Under the pieces are notes generated by a model. That model had not been told where the DNA came from, did no database searches, and worked only from the letters and a program-made list of their open reading frames with translations. Positions 23,866-37,239 of a stretch of DNA of 64,000 nt are shown here, in pieces. The number at the start of each line of letters is the position of its first letter. Position 1 is the stretch's first letter. The translations under genes were made by a program, and so were the position numbers. Origin of the DNA: Lytechinus pictus (taxonomy: Eukaryota); contig NC_087252.1 of assembly GCF_037042905.1 (NCBI RefSeq), positions 24,678,001-24,742,000 of the forward strand, in the 5' to 3' direction.

Positions 23866-26312
23866 GTGAGCTGAATGCTGAATGCATGTGATACTCCCGT
23901 TAACACTTCAAATACTAGACTAACAATTTATCAAAATGTTACTGAAAAAAATAACCAAACTATATCTCTCTATCTCTAAAGTTTTTTTCCTATTCGTCAT
24001 TAATTGAAGGGATAATGGATGCAATGTAATAGGATAAAATGTGATATTCTTGTCAGATTTATTACCAAACTAACAATATGTAAAAGGACTACTTCCTGCC
24101 CCCCCCCCCTTCCAAAAAAAAACAAAAGATAATTCAAAAATATATAGAGAAATATGTGTGTAAGGAGTAGATGAATACAAATTAAAAAAAATATTACAGT
24201 TTTAAAAAATCATGAAAATTTAAAAAATGCCACAAATTTTGCCTCATTTTGCTGTGGATTGAGGTTGTTGTAGAGTTTTGGGAATGATTTATCAATTTTT
24301 TTACAGAAGTGTTGTAATCTATGAAATCATTGCAAGAAGAAAAAAAGAAGCAAAAATCATTTCTGGAAGTTAAGTCACAAAGTGTTTTCTTCAACCTCTC
24401 CTCGTTAAGAAAGGGGATATTGAATGTCCTTTCCTTATTACCTTCATTTAAAAAAAAAAATGTGTCTGTAAACATATGAGGCTTTTTTTTTTACTTTTCA
24501 GAAGTTAAAACTTCCTCTTCACACTATTGATATTAAACATCTAACATTATAAAGTTTGGTAACAAATTTTGTGCTAACATTAGTCTTCAAGCCAATGATC
24601 CCATTCATCCTAATCTTGGTGTTTAGAAAGGAAGATATATAATCTATACGTATATTATTCTTGCACTAGAGTACATTGCATGATTTTCAACTATGTTTCA
24701 ACGAATTTATGCACGATTTTATGTCCACGTGATAGACTGCATGCTTTAGAATCTATATTTAGATGATAATTCTACCACTACCATTGTTATGCAATACACA
24801 TTGACATACTTCGGGGCATGTCCAAACCATCTCTTTTCCTTTTCATTAACACGTTGGATAATGAGCCTGTGCATATATGAGTGCTGGAGTCTATGGAAAA
24901 CATGTGTTATATTGCAAAATCATCCAGTCTCCAACGGGTTAATCAAGGAAATTGAATATACATGGTTTCAACCATTCTTTTAGATAATTTTTGTTCATTT
25001 AAAATTGGTTGATATTTGGAAACATAGCAATATGTATCGGGCACAGAATATCTTGGACATGTCTCTGAACCACAAGCTAATCTCATAATTATACTTATTT
25101 AGCACATTAATTATTTTGCACTACGTTTATATCACACCCACGCATGGTGCCCAAGTGGGCAGGTTGGACATGTGGGGCTCTTGACACAAAAGTCAGTGAT
25201 TGATCGTAGAGTAAATTTCATGATTGATTGCTGATAATGATCACAGTATTAAATATAAAGTGTCAATATCTAGTACCAGTCACCATTCTAAAAGTCACTC
25301 TTAACTTATGAACAACTTTATGCAACGGCCCCCAGGAATGGATCCTCTAGCCATTTTGGTGCTTATCATTTGGTCTTATGCTACAGTCAAACTGGCTGAT
25401 GGTATGTCACTGGTAACAATGCGTTGGACTGGAGCTGGTTCCACCAATATGAAACAGTGAAATATAATCTAAGCCGACCCATTGTCATTGGCGACAACGT
25501 ATTATTCTTGTCGGTCTGATGTACTCCAAACTGACTCATTGTCTGTTCCTTGTCAGTCTGGAGTCCGTTTTGCCAGTTTAAAATAGTGAAATCTACTCAA
25601 AACCAACTATTTAATGTCATAGATAATAACATACAGTAATAGCCTTGTCAGTCTGGAGTCGGTTTTACCAGTGTGGCTGTAGCATAATTCCCGGGTAATC
25701 TAACACTAGGGGCCGTTTCATAAAGCTGTTCGTAAGTTAAGAGTGACTAAAAGAATGACTGGTGATCCTTTCTTGCGGTACATGATTTTCACCACTAAAT
25801 GTTCATTGGTGATTATTCAGTGCACAAGAAAGGTTCACCAGTCGTTCTTAAAAGTCGCTCTGAACTTACGAACAGCTTTATGAAATGCCCAACTGGGATG
25901 TAGAAGAGGACGGTACTTCTGTGGAACAAGGTCCCTGGAGAAAACATTCTTCCATAGACTTTGTGACTTGTCCAAGGCCAAGGCTGGTAAAAATTTGTCT
26001 TGATGCCGGCTTCAACTACATCCCTGCTTAATACCCTATAGTAAACCCATATTTCCTCTTGTTGATGTGGTATAATTATGATTTGGTCCATTCTTTATCC
26101 ACTACCATATTCAACTAATGATGTCCCTGAACCACTAAGACATTCAACCATATACAAGCTGGGAAAAGACAAAATGACAATTCACTTGGTAAAATTCTTA
26201 ACAGCATGATACTAATAATGTTATTCTAACTTGTTAACTTCATTTCAAACGTTAACTATACACTTCTGTAATATGGTAGACCTGATTTTCTTTTCTTGTT
26301 GTACTTCTACAG

Positions 26313-26387
26313 ATCTTGATGATGGTGAAGATGATGATGAGGTCAAAGGAAGCAGTGGGAAACTGTCACCTGAACCGGATGACAATG
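26313..26387 (+). CDS. Gene A small acidic exon (DLDDGEDDDEVKGSSGKLSPEPDDN)
   Basis: 75 nt, ttctacag acceptor, G|GTAAAT donor, phase 1-1. Confidence 0.75.
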
Positions 26388-26519
26388 GTAAATTTCTGTC
26401 ATATATTCACTTTTATTGATTTATAATCATATATTAACTTTGCATCATTTGAAGTGTTTAAGTGATTTTGGCAGTAAAGTCATACAGTTATATTTACAAT
26501 GAGCATTAATTACACTTAA

Positions 26520-27101
26520 AGGGATGGTCCAGGCTGAAAATATTTATATCTAAATACATAGAGTAGAATTAACTAAGCAAAATGCTGAAAATTTCATCAA
26601 AATCGGATAACAAATAATAAAGTTATGGAAGTTTAAAGTTTAGCAATATTTTGTGAAAATAGTCATCATGAATGTTTATTAGGTGGGCTGATGATGTCAC
26701 ATCCCCACTTTCCATTTTCTTATGTTATTACATAAAATCATAATTTTTTCATTATTTCATACTTGTGTGAATAATATGTCTCCCTTATTATGAAATAAGT
26801 TGCAGCAATGAATATCTAATGCACTAAATCAGTTGTCAATCCAATTTTTCTAGTTCTTGGAGGAAAAAATTTGAATAAACCTAATTTCATATAATAAAAT
26901 ACAAAAGAACAAGTGGAGATGTGACATCATCAGCCCACCTAATGAATATTCATGATGACTGTTTTCACAAAATATTGCTAAACTTTAAAATTCAATAACT
27001 TTGTTATATTTCATCCGATTTTTATGAAATTTTCGGCATTTTGCTCAGTGAATTCTACTCTATTTATTAAGCTATACATACTTACAGCCTGGACCATCCC
27101 T
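26520..27101. mobile_element. TTAA-target fold-back MITE (Kolobok-like)
   Basis: agggatggtccaggctg / cagcctggaccatccct termini, ~200-bp imperfect TIRs, TTAA on both sides. Confidence 0.85.
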
Positions 27102-27128
27102 TTAAAGGCCTTTATTCAGGACTTTTTG

Positions 27129-27415
27129 CATTTACTACGGGGAAACTCTACAACGCCCTAATTCCTTTGAAATTGCAAGTCAATTCACAAAGGAGAACTG
27201 AGAGCTTTTGGCGAAAGTTGGTGGACTGGGACAGCATCAAAATCTCTTGACTCTGGACAAAACATTTTTGCAATTGTTCATACGGTGCAAATCTTGGGAT
27301 GATCTGCTATCCCAGTCCACCAACTTTTGACAAAAGCCTCTCAGCTCTCCACTGTGATTTTAATTGCATTTTCGAAGGAATCAATACGGTGTAGAGGGTT
27401 TCCCCGTAGTAAATG
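27129..27415. mobile_element. Palindromic MITE
   Basis: catttactacggggaaac ... gtttccccgtagtaaatg ends, with further internal mirror segments (gttggtggactggga / tcccagtccaccaac). Confidence 0.7.
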
Positions 27416-27871
27416 GGGAAAATCTCTATTCTCAGGTTAAGTGAGCATTACTTGAATACAAATATAGTCTCAAAAGGTGCACTAGACTTGAAAGAAAGAA
27501 GAAAAGTCATGAAATAATGAGGCATGAGCTCTTCATATTACAGATTCTTCGCCAAAATATGTTGGGGTTCTCTGAACTCAAATAGTGGCCACTGGAGACT
27601 GGTTCTATAATACATGTTCATTTCAAAAGAAAGACAATTTGTTGGCCATTAAAGACAGGTTTTACTGTACAACAGAATGTATGAGTGATTGCTTGACAGA
27701 GATGCCCAAACTTTTAAAAATTGATCTGCTTGTTTGCTGTAAATTATCCTGTTGTGATATTACCTTTACCATTCGTAAAGAAAACAAAGTATTAACGTTT
27801 TTTTTCAAACAGTGTCTGAATGAATATTTTCATCTATTTGTCTCACTTTCTTCATCTACCCTGTATTTCAG

Positions 27872-30800
27872 AACTCGAGTGGCATCTCTGCCATGAATGT
27901 GGACAACTCTTTGATGAAGAGGAACTTCTGGAGATTCATGTTGCTGCTCGTCACACTGTAGGAGGTAAACCGGTGAACAAGAAAGAGGCTTCTACCAAAT
28001 ATTCTGCTGATGGAACTGCTTCCTCGAGCTCTAAAGACAAGGGGTCCAAGACAAAGGTTGGCAGCAGTAAAGAACAGAAGCAGAGGACTGTCCAAGAGAT
28101 CAAGAAGAACTCAAAGGATACAAAAGGAGAGAAGGTGAAAGACCAGAGCAATGATGTTGGTACTGCTAGGACTTGTAACATATTTGACAAATTTGGCCCA
28201 GTTCCTGGAAAAGTAACAACTGTAAATGAAGTCGGTGATGCAGTAGAGGTAATTGATTCTGAGGATGTGGATGAAACTGGAGCAAAGGAGGGGGCCTTGA
28301 AAGACAATGATATCATGGCCATAGATGAACATTTGCCTTCTACAAATCCAGATCTTGATGCGAAAGAGGATGATGTCGAAGAAATAGGAAATGAGCAATT
28401 TGCCACAATTTCAACCGTTGGAGACTTCATTCAGGAAGATGACACAGCAGATATTGACCAAGTGCAAACTGGTTCTCATCTTGGAGGTTTCAACTCCGAT
28501 GCCAGTGTGAACATTGAGAAAGAAATAGTGGAAGTGATTCCTGGAGATGAGGATGACAGTCTGGTCGACCCCTCGGCCGGTAGGAAGATTGAAGATGGAA
28601 TGTCTCAACAGGCATGGAGGCAATATATCTGCAACATCTGTAGGAAGGCATGTCACAACAAAGAGGCTCTTGAAGAACACCAGAAGTCGCATCCATTATT
28701 TCAGTGTTCCATATGCTTTGTGTCATTCATTAGTGAGGAAAGTCTTCGGCAGCATGAGGTAGATCATAAAGAAAAGCCATTCTTCTGCGGTACATGTGGA
28801 AAAACATACAAAAGTCAGTCCAGCTTGAAAGAACACGAGTACAGCCACACTGGCCATCGACCCTTTGTGTGTCCCTACTGTCCAAAAGGCTTCATGCGTA
28901 ACAAAAAGTTGAAAGTGCATATCAAGAAACATCATAAGAACTTAATCCGTGCTGCTCGGAAGCCCCCACCACCCCCATTAGTTCTATCAGAGAATCAGTT
29001 TGATGGTTCTGCTTCAGTGTCTGATGTGGACATGGAATTTTTTGACAGAGAGACTTTGAAGGAACAAGAATCAGGCTGTGGTCAAGCATACTCTACTCTA
29101 AAAAATTCCAGTGATCAGTCGGAGTTCAAATGCGCCACCTGCAGCCAGAGTTTCCCTTCTAAGTCAGTTCTAGAACGCCACTCTAAAGTTCACCAATTCT
29201 ATGGAAGTACATCGAGTATATCTGCAAGTTCTGTTGCTTCTTCTCAGGATAGTGCAAGTATAGATGATATGTCTGCAGAGACAGGCACCTATCCTGAAGA
29301 GATGAGGTCAGCGCGACCATTCAAATGCCAACTCTGTGATTCAACATTTCTTGAGGAAGCTCACTTGCAAATTCATGTAGAGATTCATAGCATGGATGGA
29401 CCTTGGGGTTGTGTGATATGCAAAAGGAAGCTCAAGCAGAGAGCACATCTCCTGGAACATGTCTATGTCCATTGGGGTTACAAACCCTTTGCTTGCCGCT
29501 ATTGTCCGACGGACTTCATGAGAGCCTATGATGCTGAGAGACACATGCTATCACACAAACAACGGCGCGGGAGAAGAGAAGAGCCCGGACAGAGGGCAAA
29601 CAATGACCTGGATGGTAGCAATGCTGGCCAAGTTAATGATGCCAAGGCATCCATTCTTGAAGATCTGTTAACAAAACCACAATCTCATAATGACGACATC
29701 AATGAGGAAAAGGGTGGAATGTTCAAGGACTTGGGTGATTCCATAGCCCCACTGCCTGTCGTTCCTCTGAGATGTCCCGATGATGGAAAGAACAGACCTT
29801 ACGCTTGTGAATTATGTGACAGAGCATTTACTGCTAAATCCTCGCTGAGAGAGCATCTCTTCTTACATTTTGGGAAGCCGTATCCCTGTGATTTTTGTGA
29901 AAGACAATTCACAAGGAAAACCTACCTTATTAGCCATATGAAAGAAGTCCACCCTGAGGCAGACACCTCTGCAATTGAAGATAGTGTTCTAGATGGGAAA
30001 TATGAAGAGCTGATCAACAAAGCACTTGACCGGCATCAATCTGTGGACCAAAAGAAGATATCTCAGCCTGATGTGATCACCGACTCTAACTCAAATCGGC
30101 CATATGCCTGCAAAATTTGTGATAAACGTTTTCAGTTCTCATACACTCTCAAGAAGCACATGCAAGCCCACATCAAGCTGAAGCCGCTCCTGTGTGATTT
30201 CTGTGAGAGGCGGTTTGTAAGACAGAGCTACCTGGATGAGCATATAAAGAACCAACATCCTCCAGGTTCAAGATCCAAAGACCCCAATAAGCCCTTCAAA
30301 TGCGAGATCTGTGACTTGACTTTTTCCAAGCGGGCTTATCTCAAGGATCACCGCTTCAGGCACAAACTCAAGAAGCCATTCCCTTGCAGCTTTTGTACCA
30401 AGAGCTTCCGTCGGAAATGTCTCCTGCTTATGCATACCTCTCGCCATCATCCTAATGAGCATCAGCTGATGGCTTCCAACCAACCTAAAGCAGCTCCTGC
30501 TCAACATTCACCAGGCTCAAGCTCAAAAACCTTGAAAATAAAGCTGCCATTCCAAAAACAGATGTCTCCAGGTTCTTCCCAGTCTAATCTGACAAGAGAC
30601 CCGCTAATGTGTCGTGAATGTGGTGCCACGTTCTCATCTGTTGCCAATGTTCGGAGGCACATGCGCATCCACAGTGGAGAGCGTCCATTCAAATGCAAAT
30701 TCTGCTCATGGTCCTTCAATCGAAAGGAGGTTTGGCGAGGTCACATGAAGAAGAAACATGCAGGGGAGTTGCGGGCTTCAAGGAATAAAGCAAATGCAGG

Positions 30801-33800
30801 TCTTGGCAAGATCAAGAAGGAAGGTTTTAACTGTGACAAGTGTGAAGGATCATTCAAGAGTAATTACGCATTATCGGTACACTTGAAACAACACAGTCAG
30901 GGTTCTAGTTCTCGTCCTTTCAAGTGTTCACTGTGTGATCTGGCCTTTATTAGGCAGTCTGACCGTACCAAGCATTTGAAATTCGTCCATGGCCTTGACC
31001 AAGCTGATATTGATGCTAGTGCATTGAACAAAAAGGAAATAAAAGTGGAACCAGGAACAACACCACCACCTAGTTCCCCTCAGACTAATGCACTTCCTGC
31101 TGAAGTGCATGTATGCCATAGATGTGGTGCACGTTTTGACTCATTTTGGGGTCTGGAGAGCCATTCAAGAGTTCATGAAAAACACTCGAGGTTTCCTCGT
31201 CCGTATAGATGCATTGAATGCGGAGCTGCCTTCAAAGGACTTTCCAATCACACGCGCCACATGAGGGTTCATACCCCAGAATATATCCTGGAGACAAAGA
31301 AGATCCTGAGTAACATGCCTGGCAGGAAGTCAAGAATTCAAACATCCACAACAAATCTGCCAGTGAAACCCACTGTGGCACCAACGGATAAAGGACCATT
31401 TTTGAGTGGAAAGGAAGCTAGGCCCCATGTGTGTCCCAAGTGTGGTACGAGCTACAAGTATGCAAGGAACCTTAGGAAACATATCCCTCGCCATATCAAG
31501 TCCAGTGACCGCCCTTTCCAGTGTAAAATCTGTGGAATTTATGCCAAGACTAAAACCAGCATTACCAAGCACAGTCAGATTCATGGTCCACAATCAACCT
31601 CTCGAAGAGCTTCCCATGACTGCCAAAAGTGTGGAAGTTCTTTCCCAACCAAGCAAGAGCTGATGAAACATCTAGCAGTTCATACCCAGTCCATATCTTC
31701 TCAGTCCATGTTAAGATGCAAGTTCTGCAATGCTGGCTTCAAGCACAGAGGATCCCTTACCATCCATGAAAGGTCCCATTCCAAACTGAACTTTGGCTTC
31801 AAATGGGAGAAAACCAAAGTTGTGAAAACACCAGATCTTTTCCGGAACGGTAGCAAGAAGGTATTTGTTATAAAAGGCTTGCAGTGTCCGGTGTGTATGA
31901 AAACTTTCACAAGACGTTCCGGTGTCAGCAATCACAAGAGAGTTCACCCAGATGTCGAGTTTGTCTGGGAGGAAGAACTAAGAGGATCGGTAGACATGAC
32001 TTTGGACAGGCCTTATCAGTGTAGTATTTGTCTCATGAGATTCATGAGGCGATCAGGCCTATCTAATCACATGCACTCGCACCGTATCAAAGGGAGCAAA
32101 AGCGATGAGTCACCGTCAAAGCTTCAGGCAACACCAGAAAGCAGTGGTTTCCTTCTAAATACAGAAAATGAACAAACGACACCGAGGGCAGAGGAAAGAC
32201 CATTCTCTTGTGAGCAGTGTTCGTGCACTTTCAAAACCAAAGGATCACTGACAACACATACCAAAGTTCATAGCCATGATAAAATGGATGAGCGTAATCA
32301 TGTCTGCGACATCTGCGAGTGTAGGTTTATAAGCTCTACTAACTTGAAGAAGCATCAACGAGTCCACACTGGCCAACCAGGGACTCCGATACAGTCTGAT
32401 CCTGTCTCGAAGTATTCTCAACTGGAAAGTTCTGAGAGTATAGATATCAAGACCAAACGGCCTTTCCGGTGTAGATTGTGCGGTGAAACGTTCAAAGCGA
32501 AGCATCTCCTTGATGACCACATTCAGATCCATAGCATTTCCCCGAGACAGTCTGTAGTGAAACCAAAGGAACTTGGAGCATTGTCTGCAGATGTAAGTGA
32601 AAGTAGTGGAGAAGCTTTCCTGAGAATGACAGATAGACCCTTTCCATGTCCAACATGTGGTGACAGATTTCGACTGAAGACTACCTTATACAAGCACATT
32701 CGCCTTCACAGGCAGAGCGCTGGAAAACCCTTCCGCTGTGTAGAGTGCGGCCTTGGATTCTATTCTATTGGTAACATGACCAAGCACTTAAAACGGGCCC
32801 ATCGCAGATTTTCAAACAATGTAGGAGATGAACCTGTGGCTGAGATTTTGGAAAGCCTGAAGGTCACCCCAGAGCCAGTGTCACCCTCGGTCAGTTCTCC
32901 GAACAGATCTATCAGGTCTCCTTTCAAAGCAAGACCTTTCTCATGCAAGTACTGTGGAGATACCTTCACCATGAGATGCAACATGAACAGGCATCGAAAG
33001 CGGCACGAGACTGGAGACAACTTGCCTTTCCGCTGTACCCACTGTGGGTTCGGATTCAAGAGTATCAAGGAACGGACGAAGCATATAGTCCGCGTTCATA
33101 ACCGAGATCCCAAAGAGCATGTACAAACTGATACTAGGAAACCAATACGTACAGGAATGAAAACCTACAAGTGTCCAATATGCAGTGATAACTTCACCGA
33201 CTCTTCAGGAATTTACAAGCACTTGCGTGTCCATGCTAAGAGTGCTAATAAGCCATACAAATGTGAGATTTGCAAAATTGGATATAATACCATGGTTGGC
33301 CTGTCTAGGCATCGGGGTCGAGTCAACCACTATGTCAGTGATAATGGCGATGAAGGTTCAGCAAGATCATCTCAACAGCCACCAAGAGACATTAAACCAG
33401 ATATAAGCACCCTGCAGAACAACTTGGGAAAGACTTTGCATAAATGCCGCTATTGCCCTGCCACCTACAGGGACAGATCCTCTGTCTGGAGACATGAAAG
33501 GGTTCACAAACTTGGTGTATCGAATTCAAGACCGTTCTCTTGTAAGACCTGTGGACTGGCTTGCTACTCTAGGGCCCATCTAGAAAGGCATGTACAGATT
33601 CACCGCAGAGCTCCGGGATTCGGACCAGATATGCATGCGAGAAAGAAATCAACCTCGGATCGCTGCAAGAGATGCGGGTTGGCATTCCGTACAAAGAGTC
33701 ACTATCTAGTTCACATGAAACGGTGCTCCAGAACTTCGTCATTTGTTTGCAACATTTGCTCCATTCCTTTTAGCAATCAGATCATGCTCACCAAACACGT

Positions 33801-36800
33801 TCGTCAGGATCATGGTGGCTATCAAAGGGATGTCATCAACTTTTGTGGTAGGAGAATTGTTAGGGAAACCGGTGCTGACAAGAAGTTTTGCTGTGACCAA
33901 TGTGACCAAAGGTACAAAAGACCTAGTGAACTTGAAAAGCACTTGCGACGCCATGCACTTGGCCTCATCAGACCCCAAGAGGGCTTCTCTCCTACTGCAA
34001 TCAAGCAAGAGGAGGATATTGAAGTGAATGTTGAAACCTTAGAAGAAAGGTATGAAGAGAATCTTTCTGGAGGAGGCAAGACAGAGGAAACCCATCAGTT
34101 ACCTGAAGTGGAAGAATCTCCAAATAGTTCAGGCAGTTGGTTTATGACAGCTGGTCGAACACCTGTTCACAATAGAACAAACAAGTCTGATAGGGCCCGA
34201 CCATTTGTATGCCAGACCTGTGGGTTCGCCTTCATGACAGTCATCCATCTACGCAAGCATACACGACTTCATACAATAGCCCACACAAAGCCATATGTTT
34301 GTAAGATCTGTACCTTGGGTTATACTAGATTATTGGACTATCACAGGCACTGCAATGTTGTTCACCCATGGGGAAAGGGTAATCAAAATGAGGTCAGGTG
34401 TCCTCGTTGCAAGGAGAAATTTGACACTAAGAGTGATTTGGTAGAGCACCTGGAGAAACAGACGTGCAAGTTTGTAGATGACCTTCCAGAAGTGGAGACA
34501 AGTCAGCAAGGTGGTGATGGAGGTGACCAAAGTAATGAGGTGTCTGATGCAGTAGAAGGAGTGGAAGGTACCATGAGTGCTGCCACCAGGCTAGGATTCA
34601 GTAACAGAGATTTGACTTGTCCCATATGTAACTACCAATTCCTTGCCAAACCTCATCTCGAAACACACATGAAAGTGCATGACAACTGGGAGAACCAGCC
34701 ATACAGATGCGAGCGATGTCAAATTGGTTATAGTACTAAGCAGCATTTAACCAAGCATGTCAACATGAACGTTCAGTGTATCAAACTGGCAAAGGAAAAG
34801 GAAAGGAAGAGGCTATTGGATGAGAAAAATAATCTATTGACCAACAGTAGTACAGAGTTGGATGCAGCACCAGAAGAGATGGTACCGCAGCAACCCCAGC
34901 TATCGCGAAGTGGAAAGGTGAAGCGGCATATCTGCCATCACTGCAATAAGAGCTTTGTCAAAAGAAGTCAACTACGCATCCATCTTGAGTATCACATACC
35001 ATCACCTGATAGACCACATGTGTGTGCCAAGTGTGGTATGGGCTACAAAACCCTCTCAAACTATGCTAAACACATGAAATGGGAACATTCCAAGCCTTCT
35101 GCTTCTCCGGCAAAATTAACAGCAGCGATATACATGTGTAGGGACTGCGGGTATTCAGTCACCAAGAAGTCTCTGTTGGAAGAGCATACTCGCTTCGGGT
35201 GCCCTAAAAAGAAGGAAAACCCTGCCACGGAAGCACCTCAAGCCTGTCCAGTATGCGGTAATTACTTCAATTCATCTGTGATGCTTTGCATCCATATCCA
35301 TGAACATATCTATCACAAGCTCTTCAAGTGCACCAAATGTCCTCTTAGATTCTCCAATCCAGAGGAGAAGAAGAAACATGAGCAAAACCACCCTGACTGG
35401 AATGAGATGCTACTGCAACTGTTGTCCTCAGAGTTCAACAGGAGGCTGAATCCAGAAGATGGGCAGGGTGTCAGGGTAAAGTTAGAACCGGGTCTTGAAG
35501 AGCCAGTAGAACCCCTAGTGCCATATGTTCCTGAGAAGGTCCTACAGGATGGACCAGCCTCTGGAGTCCTGGTGGTAAAACCAGAACCTGTGGATGAACC
35601 AGAGTACAACTATGATCTCGGATCTCTTCAGGATAGTGCTCTTGGAGATTATCAAGCCCTGCTTCCTGACACGTCAGACAGCATACTGCCAAGTATTTTG
35701 CAGCAAACAAGAAGACCAGAAGGACAATCTTCATCTGCCAGAAGACTGGAAAAAATAGTGTCAAATCTTGCAGCTCAAAAACCATCATCATCAGATTCAA
35801 GGTTACATTCTTCATCAGGTATATTTTCTGTATCTGGTTTAAGTTCTCAAAGAAGACCCAGTTCAGAGAATGTGCCAAGTACATCAACATCTGTTTTGAC
35901 ATCAGTTTCCAGTGTTGTAACTTCCGCCTCAAGTGTGTTTCCTGCAGCTTCGGATGTTGGTGAAATGCCCGACTCGGAGACCTTGGTAAAACAAGTGACA
36001 GAGGCATTGCCAAGTAGCAGTCCAAGGGTATCTGACAAGTCTCAATCTGATGTCGTTTTGACCAAGAAGTCTGTTGAGCAAAAGGCAAGTCCAAAACAGA
36101 AACTGTTCCGTTGCAGATATTGCCCTTCAGCATTCAGGCTGAAAGGACTCTGCATGGCTCATGAACGTCAAGCACACAGGAAGATCTACTCAAAGGCATC
36201 AGGCACCAGCAAACAACCTCTTAAAGATCTCAGCAAGATGTCTGTATGTAACATTTGCAATGCTGTATTCGAACAACAGTCAAGTTTGTCAAGGCATATG
36301 CTATTCAAACATGGAGTTCCTTTGAAACCCAAAGAACCTGAAAGGGATTATACTGCAGATAATGCAGAAGTACATCATATTTCAGATGATGAGGGGCCAA
36401 TTATAACAAGTATAACGAGCCTAGGAAACATGCACCATGGAACTGCCTATCAAAGGCAACCATCATTGTTGCAGCAACGTCTTGAGGCTCCTCTCTCGCC
36501 GTCATTGATGCCATCATCATCTTCTGGCCAGCCAATGTCTCGATTAGAATCTCTGCTGACAGGAAGATCATTATCACCAACTAACCAGTCTGCCCTCCTT
36601 TCAAGAGGTGAGCTGGACTACAGGCCCTACAGATGTGACAAGTGCAACTTTGCCTTCACCCAACGGCACCACCTCGTCCGACACATCAAGAGAGACTCTT
36701 GTGCCTTCCATGTTCTTGGGCGGAAGGCTGCTGCCCAACTCAAGGAAGGGGATACAGGAAGCAAACCTCCACCCAAAAATGTTCAGGGTATAAAGATCAA

Positions 36801-37239
36801 GGTCCCAGAGAAGAAGCATAAATGTACCAAGTGTCCTCGAGCTTTCTGGAAACGTATCCGATTAGAAAACCACATGAGGGTCCATCATGGAGTAGGTCTC
36901 TACAAATGTAAGTTCTGTGCCCAGGAATACAAGCTACAGGTGGATTGCTTGGAGCATGAAGAGTCTTGCCCGTTCGGTCCTGGAGCAATGGACGATTTGG
37001 ACCTGAACGGAGGAGACCTGGACTATGAGCAGGATGTGGATTTTGGCCAGGCCGAGGATCTGGATCTAAGATCAGACACAGAGCTTGAGCAGGCTCAAGC
37101 ACAAGCATTTGCTGAAGATCAGAATGAGGACTTTGGATTTGAGAATTCTAACCATCTCGGTGATCCTCTCGGTGACGGGATTGGAGACGACGATCGGGAA
37201 TGGATGGGGATGCAGATCAAACAAGAACCTCTTGATTAG
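27872..37239 (+). CDS. Gene A terminal exon: ~56 C2H2/C2HC zinc fingers in dispersed clusters
   Basis: Uninterrupted ORF; tttcag acceptor at 27871 in phase 1; fingers counted by eye (about 50 C2H2 and 6 C2HC); TAG stop at 37237-37239. Confidence 0.95.

Noticed and set aside
27820..27871. ATG at 27820 as the start of a standalone 3139-aa gene
   Set aside because: The first 17 codons are a pyrimidine-rich intron end with a phase-1 acceptor that joins the upstream SET exons.
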